Source of the DNA: Bifidobacterium breve
Lineage (GTDB): Bacteria; Actinomycetota; Acidimicrobiia; Acidimicrobiales; Ilumatobacteraceae
Assembly: GCA_943325425.2 (NCBI GenBank)
Contig: CALPPJ020000001.1
Span: 1 to 26,823, forward strand
Direction of reading: 5' to 3'
DNA length: 26,823 nt
Under the pieces are notes generated by a model. That model ran no database searches, was not told the DNA's origin, and saw only the letters and a list, made by a program, of their open reading frames with translations. The position numbers and the translations under genes are program-made. This document shows, piece after piece, positions 8,360 to 16,820 of the stretch; within the stretch, counting starts at the first letter, position 1, and every line of letters begins with the position of its first letter.

Positions 8360-8373
8360 CGAACGCTTGTTCG
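8360..8373. promoter_or_regulatory. LexA SOS box 1
   Basis: CGAAC-GCTT-GTTCG, perfect Gram-positive/actinobacterial consensus. Confidence 0.92.
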
Positions 8374-8374
8374 T

Positions 8375-8403
8375 AGGCTATGCGAACGCGTGTTCGGTGT
8401 CAA
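8375..8403 (-). promoter_or_regulatory. Sigma-A promoter of the LysM gene
   Basis: TTGACA (8403-8398)-N17-TAGCCT (8380-8375). Confidence 0.8.
8383..8396. promoter_or_regulatory. LexA SOS box 2
   Basis: CGAAC-GCGT-GTTCG, perfect; lies inside the LysM promoter spacer. Confidence 0.92.
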
Positions 8404-8449
8404 CCTTTGTTTTCAAATAAGCCCTCGACCAGCACTTATAGAATTTTTA

Positions 8450-8463
8450 CGAACAGGTGTTTG
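8450..8463. promoter_or_regulatory. LexA SOS box 3
   Basis: CGAAC-AGGT-GTTTG (one mismatch); overlaps the lexA -35. Confidence 0.8.
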
Positions 8464-8489
8464 ACTCCAGACACGAACACCCGTACGAT
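8461..8489 (+). promoter_or_regulatory. Sigma-A promoter of lexA (leaderless)
   Basis: TTGACT (8461-8466)-N17-TACGAT (8484-8489)-N6-ATG (8496). Confidence 0.8.
8474..8487. promoter_or_regulatory. LexA SOS box 4
   Basis: CGAAC-ACCC-GTACG (one mismatch); overlaps the lexA -10. Confidence 0.72.
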
Positions 8490-8495
8490 GCTGGC

Positions 8496-9128
8496 ATGAG
8501 CGAACACATTCTCACCGACCGTCAACGCAGCATCCTTGAGTGCATCGAGGCCAGCATGGAAGAGCGGGGCTTCCCACCCTCCGTGCGCGAGATTGGCGAA
8601 ACCATCGGACTCACATCACCTTCGACCGTGCACAATCACCTCAACACGTTGCAGCGTTTGGGCTTTCTTGAACGTGACCCCAACTTGCCGCGTGCAATCA
8701 AAGTCAACTGGGATCGCAATAGCGGTGCCATCATCGCCCGCAGTCGTGTACACCACGTTCCACTCATCGGCGATGTCGCCGCCGGAACTGACGTTCTCGC
8801 CCAAGAAAATGTGGAAGAACTGTTACCCCTCCCCGCCGACTTCACCGGTGAAGGTGACTTGTTCATGTTGCGCGTTCGTGGCGACTCGATGATCGAGGCC
8901 GGAATTCTTGATGGCGACTATGTCGTCGCGCGCCAACAACTCACCGCGAACAACGGCGACATTGTCATTGCGGGTATTCCAGGTGATGAAGCAACAGTCA
9001 AGACGTACACCCGTAAGGGCCGTGAAATCATCTTGATGCCTGCCAACCCACGCCTCAAGCCCATGCACTTTTCCTCCGACGATGTCCGTATCTTCGGCAA
9101 AGTCGTGACGGTCTTACGTCGTCTCTGA
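8496..9128 (+). CDS. lexA: SOS repressor LexA
   Basis: wHTH (PPSVREIG...SPSTVH), Ala-Gly cleavage site (VAAG), Ser-Lys dyad (GDSM, TVK). Start ATG 8496. Confidence 0.97.
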   Translation: MSEHILTDRQRSILECIEASMEERGFPPSVREIGETIGLTSPSTVHNHLNTLQRLGFLERDPNLPRAIKVNWDRNSGAIIARSRVHHVPLIGDVAAGTDVLAQENVEELLPLPADFTGEGDLFMLRVRGDSMIEAGILDGDYVVARQQLTANNGDIVIAGIPGDEATVKTYTRKGREIILMPANPRLKPMHFSSDDVRIFGKVVTVLRRL

Positions 9129-9140
9129 TCTCGACAAGAG

Positions 9141-9815
9141 TTACGAGCGACCAGCTCGATCTTCGGGGCGGGGCGGCGCCCACATATCGCGTGATTCATA
9201 GGTGACGTACACCTCGGGTCGAGCATTAGCGACAACTCGTTGGCGAGCACGACGACGTGAGCGTGTGGCGATGATTGCCAGAATCAATAACGCAAGCGCA
9301 ATCAAAACCAGTGAAGCGCCGCTCACCAAGAGCTCTCCATCCATCATTGACGCGTTACGACCAATAGCAACCACCGCATCGGCTTGCGGCGATTGCATGA
9401 CCAAGGTGAATGTTCCTGGTTCGGAAATCACAAATGTTGCCACCGATTCTCCCATGAAATCGGGCGCGTCATATTCGACCGAATCATCGGGTCGCAAGTC
9501 AACTGCGTCTCCCCCGGCATCTGTCAATGTCACAGTGACTTCAGGTGGAATATCAAATTCAAAGTTGCGCGCATCGTTATTGCACGGACCAATTTCGTTG
9601 ATTGTTCCCTTGGTCTCGACGTACACGTAATAGCGACCAGTCGCCGAAATATCTACGGTTGACACACATCCAGTTGGCGTGCGCACTAGATCGGCGATGA
9701 GTTCTTGATCACGCTGAACGCCGATGAGGGCCAGCGTCATTCCAACAACAAAGACGCCAATCGCCGAAATCCACCACCATTTCACCGAACGAATTTTGGT
9801 GGTGTCATCAGACAT
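9141..9815 (-). CDS. Hypothetical membrane protein (two predicted TM helices flanking a beta-rich domain)
   Basis: Hydrophobic stretches near the N-terminus and near aa 160-183; TGATG overlap with the upstream aminotransferase; no family motif recognised. Confidence 0.75.
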   Translation of the reverse strand: MSDDTTKIRSVKWWWISAIGVFVVGMTLALIGVQRDQELIADLVRTPTGCVSTVDISATGRYYVYVETKGTINEIGPCNNDARNFEFDIPPEVTVTLTDAGGDAVDLRPDDSVEYDAPDFMGESVATFVISEPGTFTLVMQSPQADAVVAIGRNASMMDGELLVSGASLVLIALALLILAIIATRSRRRARQRVVANARPEVYVTYESRDMWAPPRPEDRAGRS

Positions 9816-10942
9816 CAGGAAACTCCGAGTCGCTGCGCTACTCGCTCGATCGTGGCATCACTTTGCACGACGGCCACCCGAATAAATCCTTGACCTTGTT
9901 CGCCGTACAAATCGCCAGGACTCACGAGAGTTCCGGCCTCCCGGGCCAAACGCTCAGTGAACGCCCAAGCATCTTCAACTTTGAACCACAAGTAAAAACC
10001 ACCATCAGGCAACGAAATATCGCCGCCCGACCACTGCGACAAAATATGCGCCATACGTTCAAGTCGGCGACGATATACCTTGCGCTGCTCAACAACATGT
10101 TCGTCGTCGTTCAAGGCAGCGACTCCAGCAGCTTGCGCTGGGCCTGGCACCATCATGCCGACATGCTTGCGCACTTCGGATAAGTAATGCACGAGTTCGC
10201 GATCGCCGGCGTAAGCACCAACCCGCAACCCAGCCAAGTTTGAGCGCTTAGACAAAGAATGAACGGCGATGACTCCATCGGAACCATGTTGCAAAATGGT
10301 TTGCGCCGGACCATCCCAAGTGAACTCGGCATAACACTCGTCGCTGAAAACCGGTACTCCGTGAGCGCGACCCCAAGCTGCGGCAGCCCCAAGATCGTCA
10401 ATAGCACCCGTCGGATTTGAGGGGCTATTTACCCACAGCAACAAAGCGCGCTTGGCGTCTTCATCACTGATGGCGCTCAGATCAATTCCTCCACGATCAT
10501 TACAAGGTACCGCGACGGCGCGACAGCCCGCCAAAGTTGCTCCCATTTCATAGGTTGGATACGCAACGGCCGGATACAACACGGTGTCAAGCCAAGGCGA
10601 GCGCAATTTCATCCATTGTGGCAACGTACCGACGAACTCTTTTGTGCCAATGCATGCCGCAATATCAATCGGCGCAATCGCCACATCGAAACGGCGTTGC
10701 ATCCACGCGGCAAACGCGTCTCGTAAACCAGCGGTGCCAATCGACGGTGGATAACCCCGTTCACTATTGCTCGCAGCGAGCGCGGTAATCACCGAAGCAG
10801 GCGGCGGATCACACGGAGTCCCGATCGACAGATCTACCAGACCACCATCAAATGAAGCGGCCAATGGTTTAAATGAATCCAACCGCTCATACGGATACGG
10901 AGGCGGAACAAAACCAGTTGTGCGATCAGGTGACGAATTCAT
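9815..10942 (-). CDS. dapC: PLP-dependent class I/II aminotransferase, probable N-succinyldiaminopimelate aminotransferase
   Basis: DLSIGTP, NSPSNPTG, SDECY, SLSKRSNLAGLR (PLP lysine); same operon as dapF. Confidence 0.82.
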   Translation of the reverse strand: MNSSPDRTTGFVPPPYPYERLDSFKPLAASFDGGLVDLSIGTPCDPPPASVITALAASNSERGYPPSIGTAGLRDAFAAWMQRRFDVAIAPIDIAACIGTKEFVGTLPQWMKLRSPWLDTVLYPAVAYPTYEMGATLAGCRAVAVPCNDRGGIDLSAISDEDAKRALLLWVNSPSNPTGAIDDLGAAAAWGRAHGVPVFSDECYAEFTWDGPAQTILQHGSDGVIAVHSLSKRSNLAGLRVGAYAGDRELVHYLSEVRKHVGMMVPGPAQAAGVAALNDDEHVVEQRKVYRRRLERMAHILSQWSGGDISLPDGGFYLWFKVEDAWAFTERLAREAGTLVSPGDLYGEQGQGFIRVAVVQSDATIERVAQRLGVS

Positions 10943-12303
10943 GAGACTCCCATGTTGCCCGTTGGAGTGGGGTCAATGCCACCATCAGACACGACAAATT
11001 CGCTCAATCGACCCACCGAGGCTTCGGCAAGACGAGCCCGAACGCGGACGCCGTTGGTTTCGTGCGTTGTCGACACAACTTCACCTTCACGATGCACCGA
11101 GGCCAAAATATCGCCTCGCTCATAAGGGATCACTAGTTCAATCACCTTGCTGACCGAGCGCAAGCGATCAGACAAAGTCTGCAAAAAGAGGTCAATTCCG
11201 TCACCTGTGTGAGCGCTGATACCAACCGAACCTGGGTGCCAAGCCACCACATCGGCAACACCAGCAGGATCAAGATCGCTCTTATTGAAGACCACGAATT
11301 CGGGGACTTCATCGGCATGAATTTCACGTAAGACAGTGCGCACTGCATCAATTTGTCCATCGGGATCCGACGACGAACCATCCACAACATGCACCAGATA
11401 ATCGGCTTGTGCGGCGACTTCAAGAGTGCTCTTAAACGACTCAACTAATCCGTGCGGAAGACGCCGAACGAAACCGACAGTGTCGGTCACAAGTACTGAT
11501 TCACCGCCAGGAAATGACAAGCGACGCGTAGTGGGGTCAAGCGTGGCGAAGAGTCGATCTTCAACTAATACACCCGCATTCGTGAGGCGATTGAGCAACG
11601 TTGATTTACCGGCGTTGGTGTAGCCAACGATGACCACATTGGCGAGCCCACTTCGTGAGCGTCCTTTTCGTTGTAAATCGCGCGTGCTACCGAGGTCTTT
11701 CAATTCTTGTTCAAGTCGTGAAATACGGTTCTTGATTCGACGGCGATCAACTTCAAGTTTGGTTTCACCACTACCGAAACGCGAGCCCACACCACCGCGT
11801 TGCTGCGACATTTTTGCGTCTGCGCCACGGCGCAAACGAGGTAAGCGATAACGCAGCAGCGCCAACTCAACTTGTGCTTTACCTTCAAGGGTGTGGGCAT
11901 TCTGCGCGAAAATGTCAAGAATGACCGCGGTGCGATCAAGCGCAGTACGTCCAAGCAACTTTTCTAAGTTGTATTGCTGACCTGGTGACAACTCATTGTC
12001 AAACACCACAGTGTCGGCATCAACTGCCAAACACAAATCGCGCAACTCTTCAGCTTTACCCTTACCCACAAACCACGTGTGATCTGGGACATCACGCTTT
12101 TGCGTGAGTCGTCCCGCTTCATCAGCGCCCGCGGTATCAATGAGCAAACTCAATTCATCAAGACTGGCTTCGGTTTCTTCTTCGGTTTTGCCATGCAATG
12201 TCACGCCAACCAGCACGATTCGTTCACGAATCGTGCGCTCAATGAGCGTTTGACCAAGCGCTTGGTTGTAAGGCGAATTCGGATTCGAATTCGTGTTCGT
12301 CAC
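10939..12303 (-). CDS. hflX: Ribosome-splitting GTPase HflX
   Basis: GYTNAGKST, LFATLDPTTR, DTVGF, NKSD motifs, GETKLEVDRR; GTGA overlap with dapF. Confidence 0.96.
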   Translation of the reverse strand: MTNTNSNPNSPYNQALGQTLIERTIRERIVLVGVTLHGKTEEETEASLDELSLLIDTAGADEAGRLTQKRDVPDHTWFVGKGKAEELRDLCLAVDADTVVFDNELSPGQQYNLEKLLGRTALDRTAVILDIFAQNAHTLEGKAQVELALLRYRLPRLRRGADAKMSQQRGGVGSRFGSGETKLEVDRRRIKNRISRLEQELKDLGSTRDLQRKGRSRSGLANVVIVGYTNAGKSTLLNRLTNAGVLVEDRLFATLDPTTRRLSFPGGESVLVTDTVGFVRRLPHGLVESFKSTLEVAAQADYLVHVVDGSSSDPDGQIDAVRTVLREIHADEVPEFVVFNKSDLDPAGVADVVAWHPGSVGISAHTGDGIDLFLQTLSDRLRSVSKVIELVIPYERGDILASVHREGEVVSTTHETNGVRVRARLAEASVGRLSEFVVSDGGIDPTPTGNMGVS

Positions 12304-13115
12304 GCGGGCACCGAAATCGAAGCAATAAAGACTGCTGGGCCGATCAAGGTCACTGCACGTGTGGCGCTATCGACACGAACCTTGGCGTCTCCACCATCCA
12401 TGTGCACAACCACTTCTGAGGTGCTCGCTGGCACCAAACCCCAGGCAACAGCTGCTTCAGCGGCGGCACAAGCGCCAGTTCCACAAGCCATGGTGATTCC
12501 GGCTCCGCGTTCGTGTACTCGCAAAGTGATCGCATGTGGCTCGGGACCGGGTTCAATGATTTCTAAGTTAACCTGTGGAACCTTTTGTCCAAGTTCTGCC
12601 AAGTCGACCACGTGTACATCATCGACGCCCACAACCGAATGCGGATTTCCCATCGAAACATGGCGCACGGGACGATCGGGATTACACCCAAGTGACGACC
12701 AATTGTTTGGCTCGGGCAGATCAGTCACGCGACCCATGTCAACGCTGATGTGCAATGCACCATCGCTCCAATCACTTTCAACACTGACCACCCGTTCGCC
12801 GGCGTCAGTGTCGACAATGAATGTAGTCGGCTGCCCACTCGGGCCATTGATCTGCCAGTGCGCGGCCTGAACTAAACAGCGAATGCCGTTCCCGCTCATT
12901 TCAGCACGACTGCCATCGGCGTTATACAAAACCATTCCGAGGCGATTGCCCAGCTTGATCTCGAGTAGCAACAACCCATCGGCACCAACCCCAAATCGAC
13001 GATCACACCAGCGTTGCGCCAAAGTCGGCCAATCAAAAGATGCATCTGCTTGAGCAACATTCATAACCAGAAAGTCGTTGCCGAGACCGTGGTGTTTTGT
13101 GAGTTCAATCTGCAT
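12300..13115 (-). CDS. dapF: Diaminopimelate epimerase (first catalytic Cys replaced by Ser)
   Basis: KHHGLGNDF, GADG, EMSGNGIRC, GNPH, ERGAGITMACGTGA. Confidence 0.92.
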   Translation of the reverse strand: MQIELTKHHGLGNDFLVMNVAQADASFDWPTLAQRWCDRRFGVGADGLLLLEIKLGNRLGMVLYNADGSRAEMSGNGIRCLVQAAHWQINGPSGQPTTFIVDTDAGERVVSVESDWSDGALHISVDMGRVTDLPEPNNWSSLGCNPDRPVRHVSMGNPHSVVGVDDVHVVDLAELGQKVPQVNLEIIEPGPEPHAITLRVHERGAGITMACGTGACAAAEAAVAWGLVPASTSEVVVHMDGGDAKVRVDSATRAVTLIGPAVFIASISVPA

Positions 13116-13148
13116 AAGAGTTGCCTTCAGACTACGCCAAATGGCTCA

Positions 13149-14102
13149 TCAAACATTGGGCTGATTAAGGCGTTCAATGATGAACGGGGCCACTTCAGCA
13201 ACAGGATCGTTCTCAATATCAAACCAGGTGATTCTGGGGTCTCGCCTGAACCAACGTTCTTGGCGAACCGCAAACTGACGGGTCCGTAAAACTATGGTTT
13301 CCACCACCTCTTCAAGCGACATTTGTCCCGACAGGTGATCCACCATTTCTTTGTAACCAAGAGCCTGCATTGCTGTCGGAGACAAGCCATTGACCAGCAA
13401 CTGCTCAACTTCATCGCGCAAACCCCGCTCAATCATGATGTGCACACGTTGTTCAATCCGCTGAGCTAATACATCGCGAGGCCAGCGCAGGGCCACCTGC
13501 TGTACGGGACTGTCGGGGTACGAATCAACACCTGGACCAAATGAGGAAAATGGCTTGCCACTCCCCTCACACACTTCAAGCGCCCGCACAATACGACGCA
13601 CATTATTGGGTTCCATTTTTGTCGCGGCCGATGGATCAAGAGTCGCCAGCCGCGCGTGCAAGACCTCGGGTCCTAATTCAAGAACTTCTTTGTCTAAACG
13701 GGTCCGCACTTCGGGCCACTGACCAGGCAACGTCATTGCATCAACAATTGCCCGTACATACAAACCGGTGCCGCCGACCAACAATGCTTGACCTTGACGG
13801 GATTCAATCTCACTGACCGCCAAGTGGTACGCAACTTGAAAATCGGCCACTGTAAATGATGCAGTTGCATCGACTAAATCAATTAAGTGGTGCCGTACTA
13901 AACGCTGTTCATCAGTCGTTGGCTTGGCAGTTCCGATATCCATTTTGCGATAGACCTGCATCGCATCCATCGAGACAAGTTCAATTCCGAGTTCCCGGCC
14001 AATATCGGATGTGGCGGCCGCCATTGCAACTGCCGATTTTCCACTCGCGGTTGGACCCAAAATCACTAATGACTGCGGGACGACTTGCGTACGACTCGTC
14101 AT
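13149..14102 (-). CDS. miaA: tRNA dimethylallyltransferase
   Basis: GPTASGKS, DAMQVYR.MDIGTAKP, GGTGLY, RALEV, QALGYKE. Confidence 0.96.
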   Translation of the reverse strand: MTSRTQVVPQSLVILGPTASGKSAVAMAAATSDIGRELGIELVSMDAMQVYRKMDIGTAKPTTDEQRLVRHHLIDLVDATASFTVADFQVAYHLAVSEIESRQGQALLVGGTGLYVRAIVDAMTLPGQWPEVRTRLDKEVLELGPEVLHARLATLDPSAATKMEPNNVRRIVRALEVCEGSGKPFSSFGPGVDSYPDSPVQQVALRWPRDVLAQRIEQRVHIMIERGLRDEVEQLLVNGLSPTAMQALGYKEMVDHLSGQMSLEEVVETIVLRTRQFAVRQERWFRRDPRITWFDIENDPVAEVAPFIIERLNQPNV

Positions 14103-14109
14103 TGCGCGA

Positions 14110-15537
14110 TCACATTGATGCGACGGGAATACGAACTTTGTGCGACGGATCTGACGTGACTTCGCGCAGAATTCCTCGCAAGTGATGCGGAGCAGCCTCG
14201 GTTATTTCAACTAATCCGTAACTTCCGGCCCGGATCGCGTTCTTGGGCCTGAAGTGCACAACTTTGTTCTGTCGCGTGCGAGCTTGATACACCTCGGGGT
14301 TGCGGCGCGACGGACCTTCGATGAGGACATCTTCAATTCGACCGATTCGCGCTTCATGGCGAATCACCGCCGAATGTTCAACGACGACCCGTAAACGTGC
14401 AAATCGATCAGCGACAACTGCTGGATCGACAAAATGGTCAACCATTGTCGCGGCTTCGGTGCCTTCACGTGGCGAGAACATAAATGTGTAGGCGTAGTCG
14501 TAGTCGGCTTCAGCAGATACTTCAAGCGTACGTACAAAGTCTTCTTCGGTTTCTCCAGGAAATCCAACAATGATGTCAGTACTGACCGCCAAGTCTGGAA
14601 TAAGTTGACGCGCTTGATGCAACTTCTCTAAATAACGTTCGGCGTTGTAACCACGGTGCATGATGGCCAACAAGCGATCACTGCCTGATTGCAATGGATA
14701 ATGCAAGTGTTCGCAAATCGTTGGCACTTCAGCCATCACCGCAAAAGTCTCTGGCCGCATATCTTTCGGGTGCGGGCTCGTAAAGCGAACGCGCTTGATG
14801 CCAGCAACAGTTCCGACTTCACGAAGTAATTCGCTGAACAATGGTCGTGCCGAAACATCTTCACCGGCACGCCGCTTATCTAACTGCAAGTCACGACCAT
14901 AACTGTTGACGTTTTGTCCGAGCAAGGTCACTTCAGTGACCCCCTGATCGGCCAGTGCACGAACTTCAGAGACAATGTCGTCGTAGGGGCGACTGATTTC
15001 AGAGCCGCGCACCGAGGGCACGATGCAAAATGCGCACGAGTTATCGCAACCGATCTGGATGGTGACCCACGCGTCATATGAAGTCACGCGCTTGGCCGGC
15101 AGGGCCGACGGGAACATCGCGTGATCATCAAGCACTGCTTCTTCCAAAATCTCGGTTAAAGGTCCGTCGACGCGAGCGGTCTCTAGAAGTTCGGCTGCTC
15201 GGTGCACGTTGTGAGTACCCATCACCACGTCAACCCACGGTGCCCGCTTTTGCACAATGTCGCGGTCCTTCTGGGCTAGGCAGCCCGAGACCACAATTTG
15301 TCGACCCTCACGCGCATCTTTCCAGCGCTTCAACATTCCGAGGTTGCCGTACAACTTGTTGTCAGCATTTTCACGAATACAACAGGTGTTCAGTACCACG
15401 ACATCAGCATCGTCTTCTTCTTCAACCGCCAAAAGACCGTCGGCATCAAGAAGACCAGAGATTCGCTCAGAATCATGGTCGTTCATTTGGCACCCAAAGG
15501 TGCGTACGACGTATGAACGGGGTTCTTGATCTGACAT
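14110..15537 (-). CDS. miaB: tRNA-2-methylthio-N6-dimethylallyladenosine synthase
   Basis: TFGCQMN, CCIRENA, radical-SAM CDNSCAFC, SPHP, DIIVGFPGET, C-terminal TRAM. Start ATG 15537. Confidence 0.96.
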   Translation of the reverse strand: MSDQEPRSYVVRTFGCQMNDHDSERISGLLDADGLLAVEEEDDADVVVLNTCCIRENADNKLYGNLGMLKRWKDAREGRQIVVSGCLAQKDRDIVQKRAPWVDVVMGTHNVHRAAELLETARVDGPLTEILEEAVLDDHAMFPSALPAKRVTSYDAWVTIQIGCDNSCAFCIVPSVRGSEISRPYDDIVSEVRALADQGVTEVTLLGQNVNSYGRDLQLDKRRAGEDVSARPLFSELLREVGTVAGIKRVRFTSPHPKDMRPETFAVMAEVPTICEHLHYPLQSGSDRLLAIMHRGYNAERYLEKLHQARQLIPDLAVSTDIIVGFPGETEEDFVRTLEVSAEADYDYAYTFMFSPREGTEAATMVDHFVDPAVVADRFARLRVVVEHSAVIRHEARIGRIEDVLIEGPSRRNPEVYQARTRQNKVVHFRPKNAIRAGSYGLVEITEAAPHHLRGILREVTSDPSHKVRIPVASM

Positions 15538-15569
15538 AACCGTTTCAGGATACCCCTGAACAACCAGTG

Positions 15570-16820
15570 TCAATCCTCGACGAAGTTGCGTAAGGCCCGC
15601 CCACTTGCCACGTGGCGCAGGCGAAAGAGTGCCCGAACCTCAATCTGGCGGACCCGCTCTCGGGTGATATCGAAGGCTTTGCCCACCTCTTCAAGGGTCG
15701 CTCCTTGGTCGCCATTGAGCCCAAAGCGCATTTTCATGACGTCACGTTCGCGTTCAGGAAGTTCGTCAAGGACAGCTCGCATAGCCTCACGCATGTCTTC
15801 AAGTTCAATACCGCCACTTGGATCGCCCACATCGGTTGCAGCAATGTGATCGCCAATCGTCGAGTCTCCATCGACCCGAGTGGCTTGATCAAGACTGGTC
15901 GTGTCAGCAGCCAAACTGAAGTACTCGGCGACTCGATCGGGAGACTCTCCAAGCGCCTGAGCTATCTCAATGATTGTTGGCTCACGTTGATTGAGTTGAG
16001 TGAGTTCACGTTGAACACGCAAAGCACGGTTGATGTTTTCCATCGCGTGAGTGGGGATACGAATGTTACGACTCTCCTCGGCGACAGCTCGAGAGATTGC
16101 TTGTTTGATCCACCATGTCGCGTAGGTGGAAAATTTGAAGCCACGTGTGTAATCAAATTTCTCGACGGCTTTCATGAGTCCGATATTTCCGCTCTGAATC
16201 GCATCAGCCAGCGGCATTGAAACTTTCGTATAACGCTTGGCAATACTTACCACAAGCCGCAGATTCGCGTTCGTGAGGTCTTCGCGAGCACGACGCCCTT
16301 GATCGATCACCCGCTGTAGCCGACGACGATCAAGAACTGAGGCAGAGTCGCCGAGGCTTTCAAGTTCAATGTGTGCTTCGCTGCCGAGAACGATTTTTCT
16401 GCCAAGGACTTTTTCTTCATCAGCAGTCAATAATGCGATGCGGCTGATTTCTTGCAGATACATACGAATGGCATCTTGACCTGAGTCATCACTGCCGCGT
16501 TCACGACGAGCCACTCGCCCATCGGATGACTTAGATTTCGTCCCATTCAAAGACGGTCGACGCAACTCACCTGAATCATCAAGTTCAAATGATTGATCAA
16601 CCCTGATGCCGACTTTCTCAATTGATGCGCGTACTGCGTCAATCACTTCTGGAGACAATTCAATATCGCGCAACGCATCAACGATGTCCTGAGTTGACAA
16701 CTCACCATGACGTCGACCAAACGCAATCAGCGCCAGCCACTCTGCTTCATCAATACCGACAACAGGAACGAGAGATGTTCCAGCAAAATCATTGCTGCTA
16801 TCACTCTTCGCTGTTGTCAC
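15570..16820 (-). CDS. Sigma-70 family factor with RpoD architecture (regions 1.1-4), diverged
   Basis: Region 1.1-like helix, region 1.2 (DAIRMYLQEI), ANLRLVVSIAK, KFSTYATWWI, TRERVRQIE; follows dnaG. rpoD symbol withheld because of substitutions at conserved sites. Confidence 0.88.
   Translation of the reverse strand: MTTAKSDSSNDFAGTSLVPVVGIDEAEWLALIAFGRRHGELSTQDIVDALRDIELSPEVIDAVRASIEKVGIRVDQSFELDDSGELRRPSLNGTKSKSSDGRVARRERGSDDSGQDAIRMYLQEISRIALLTADEEKVLGRKIVLGSEAHIELESLGDSASVLDRRRLQRVIDQGRRAREDLTNANLRLVVSIAKRYTKVSMPLADAIQSGNIGLMKAVEKFDYTRGFKFSTYATWWIKQAISRAVAEESRNIRIPTHAMENINRALRVQRELTQLNQREPTIIEIAQALGESPDRVAEYFSLAADTTSLDQATRVDGDSTIGDHIAATDVGDPSGGIELEDMREAMRAVLDELPERERDVMKMRFGLNGDQGATLEEVGKAFDITRERVRQIEVRALFRLRHVASGRALRNFVED

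Noticed and set aside
12079-12870. 263-aa plus-strand ORF
   Set aside because: Antisense shadow of dapF/hflX with no motifs. The same applies to the other short antisense ORFs in the track.
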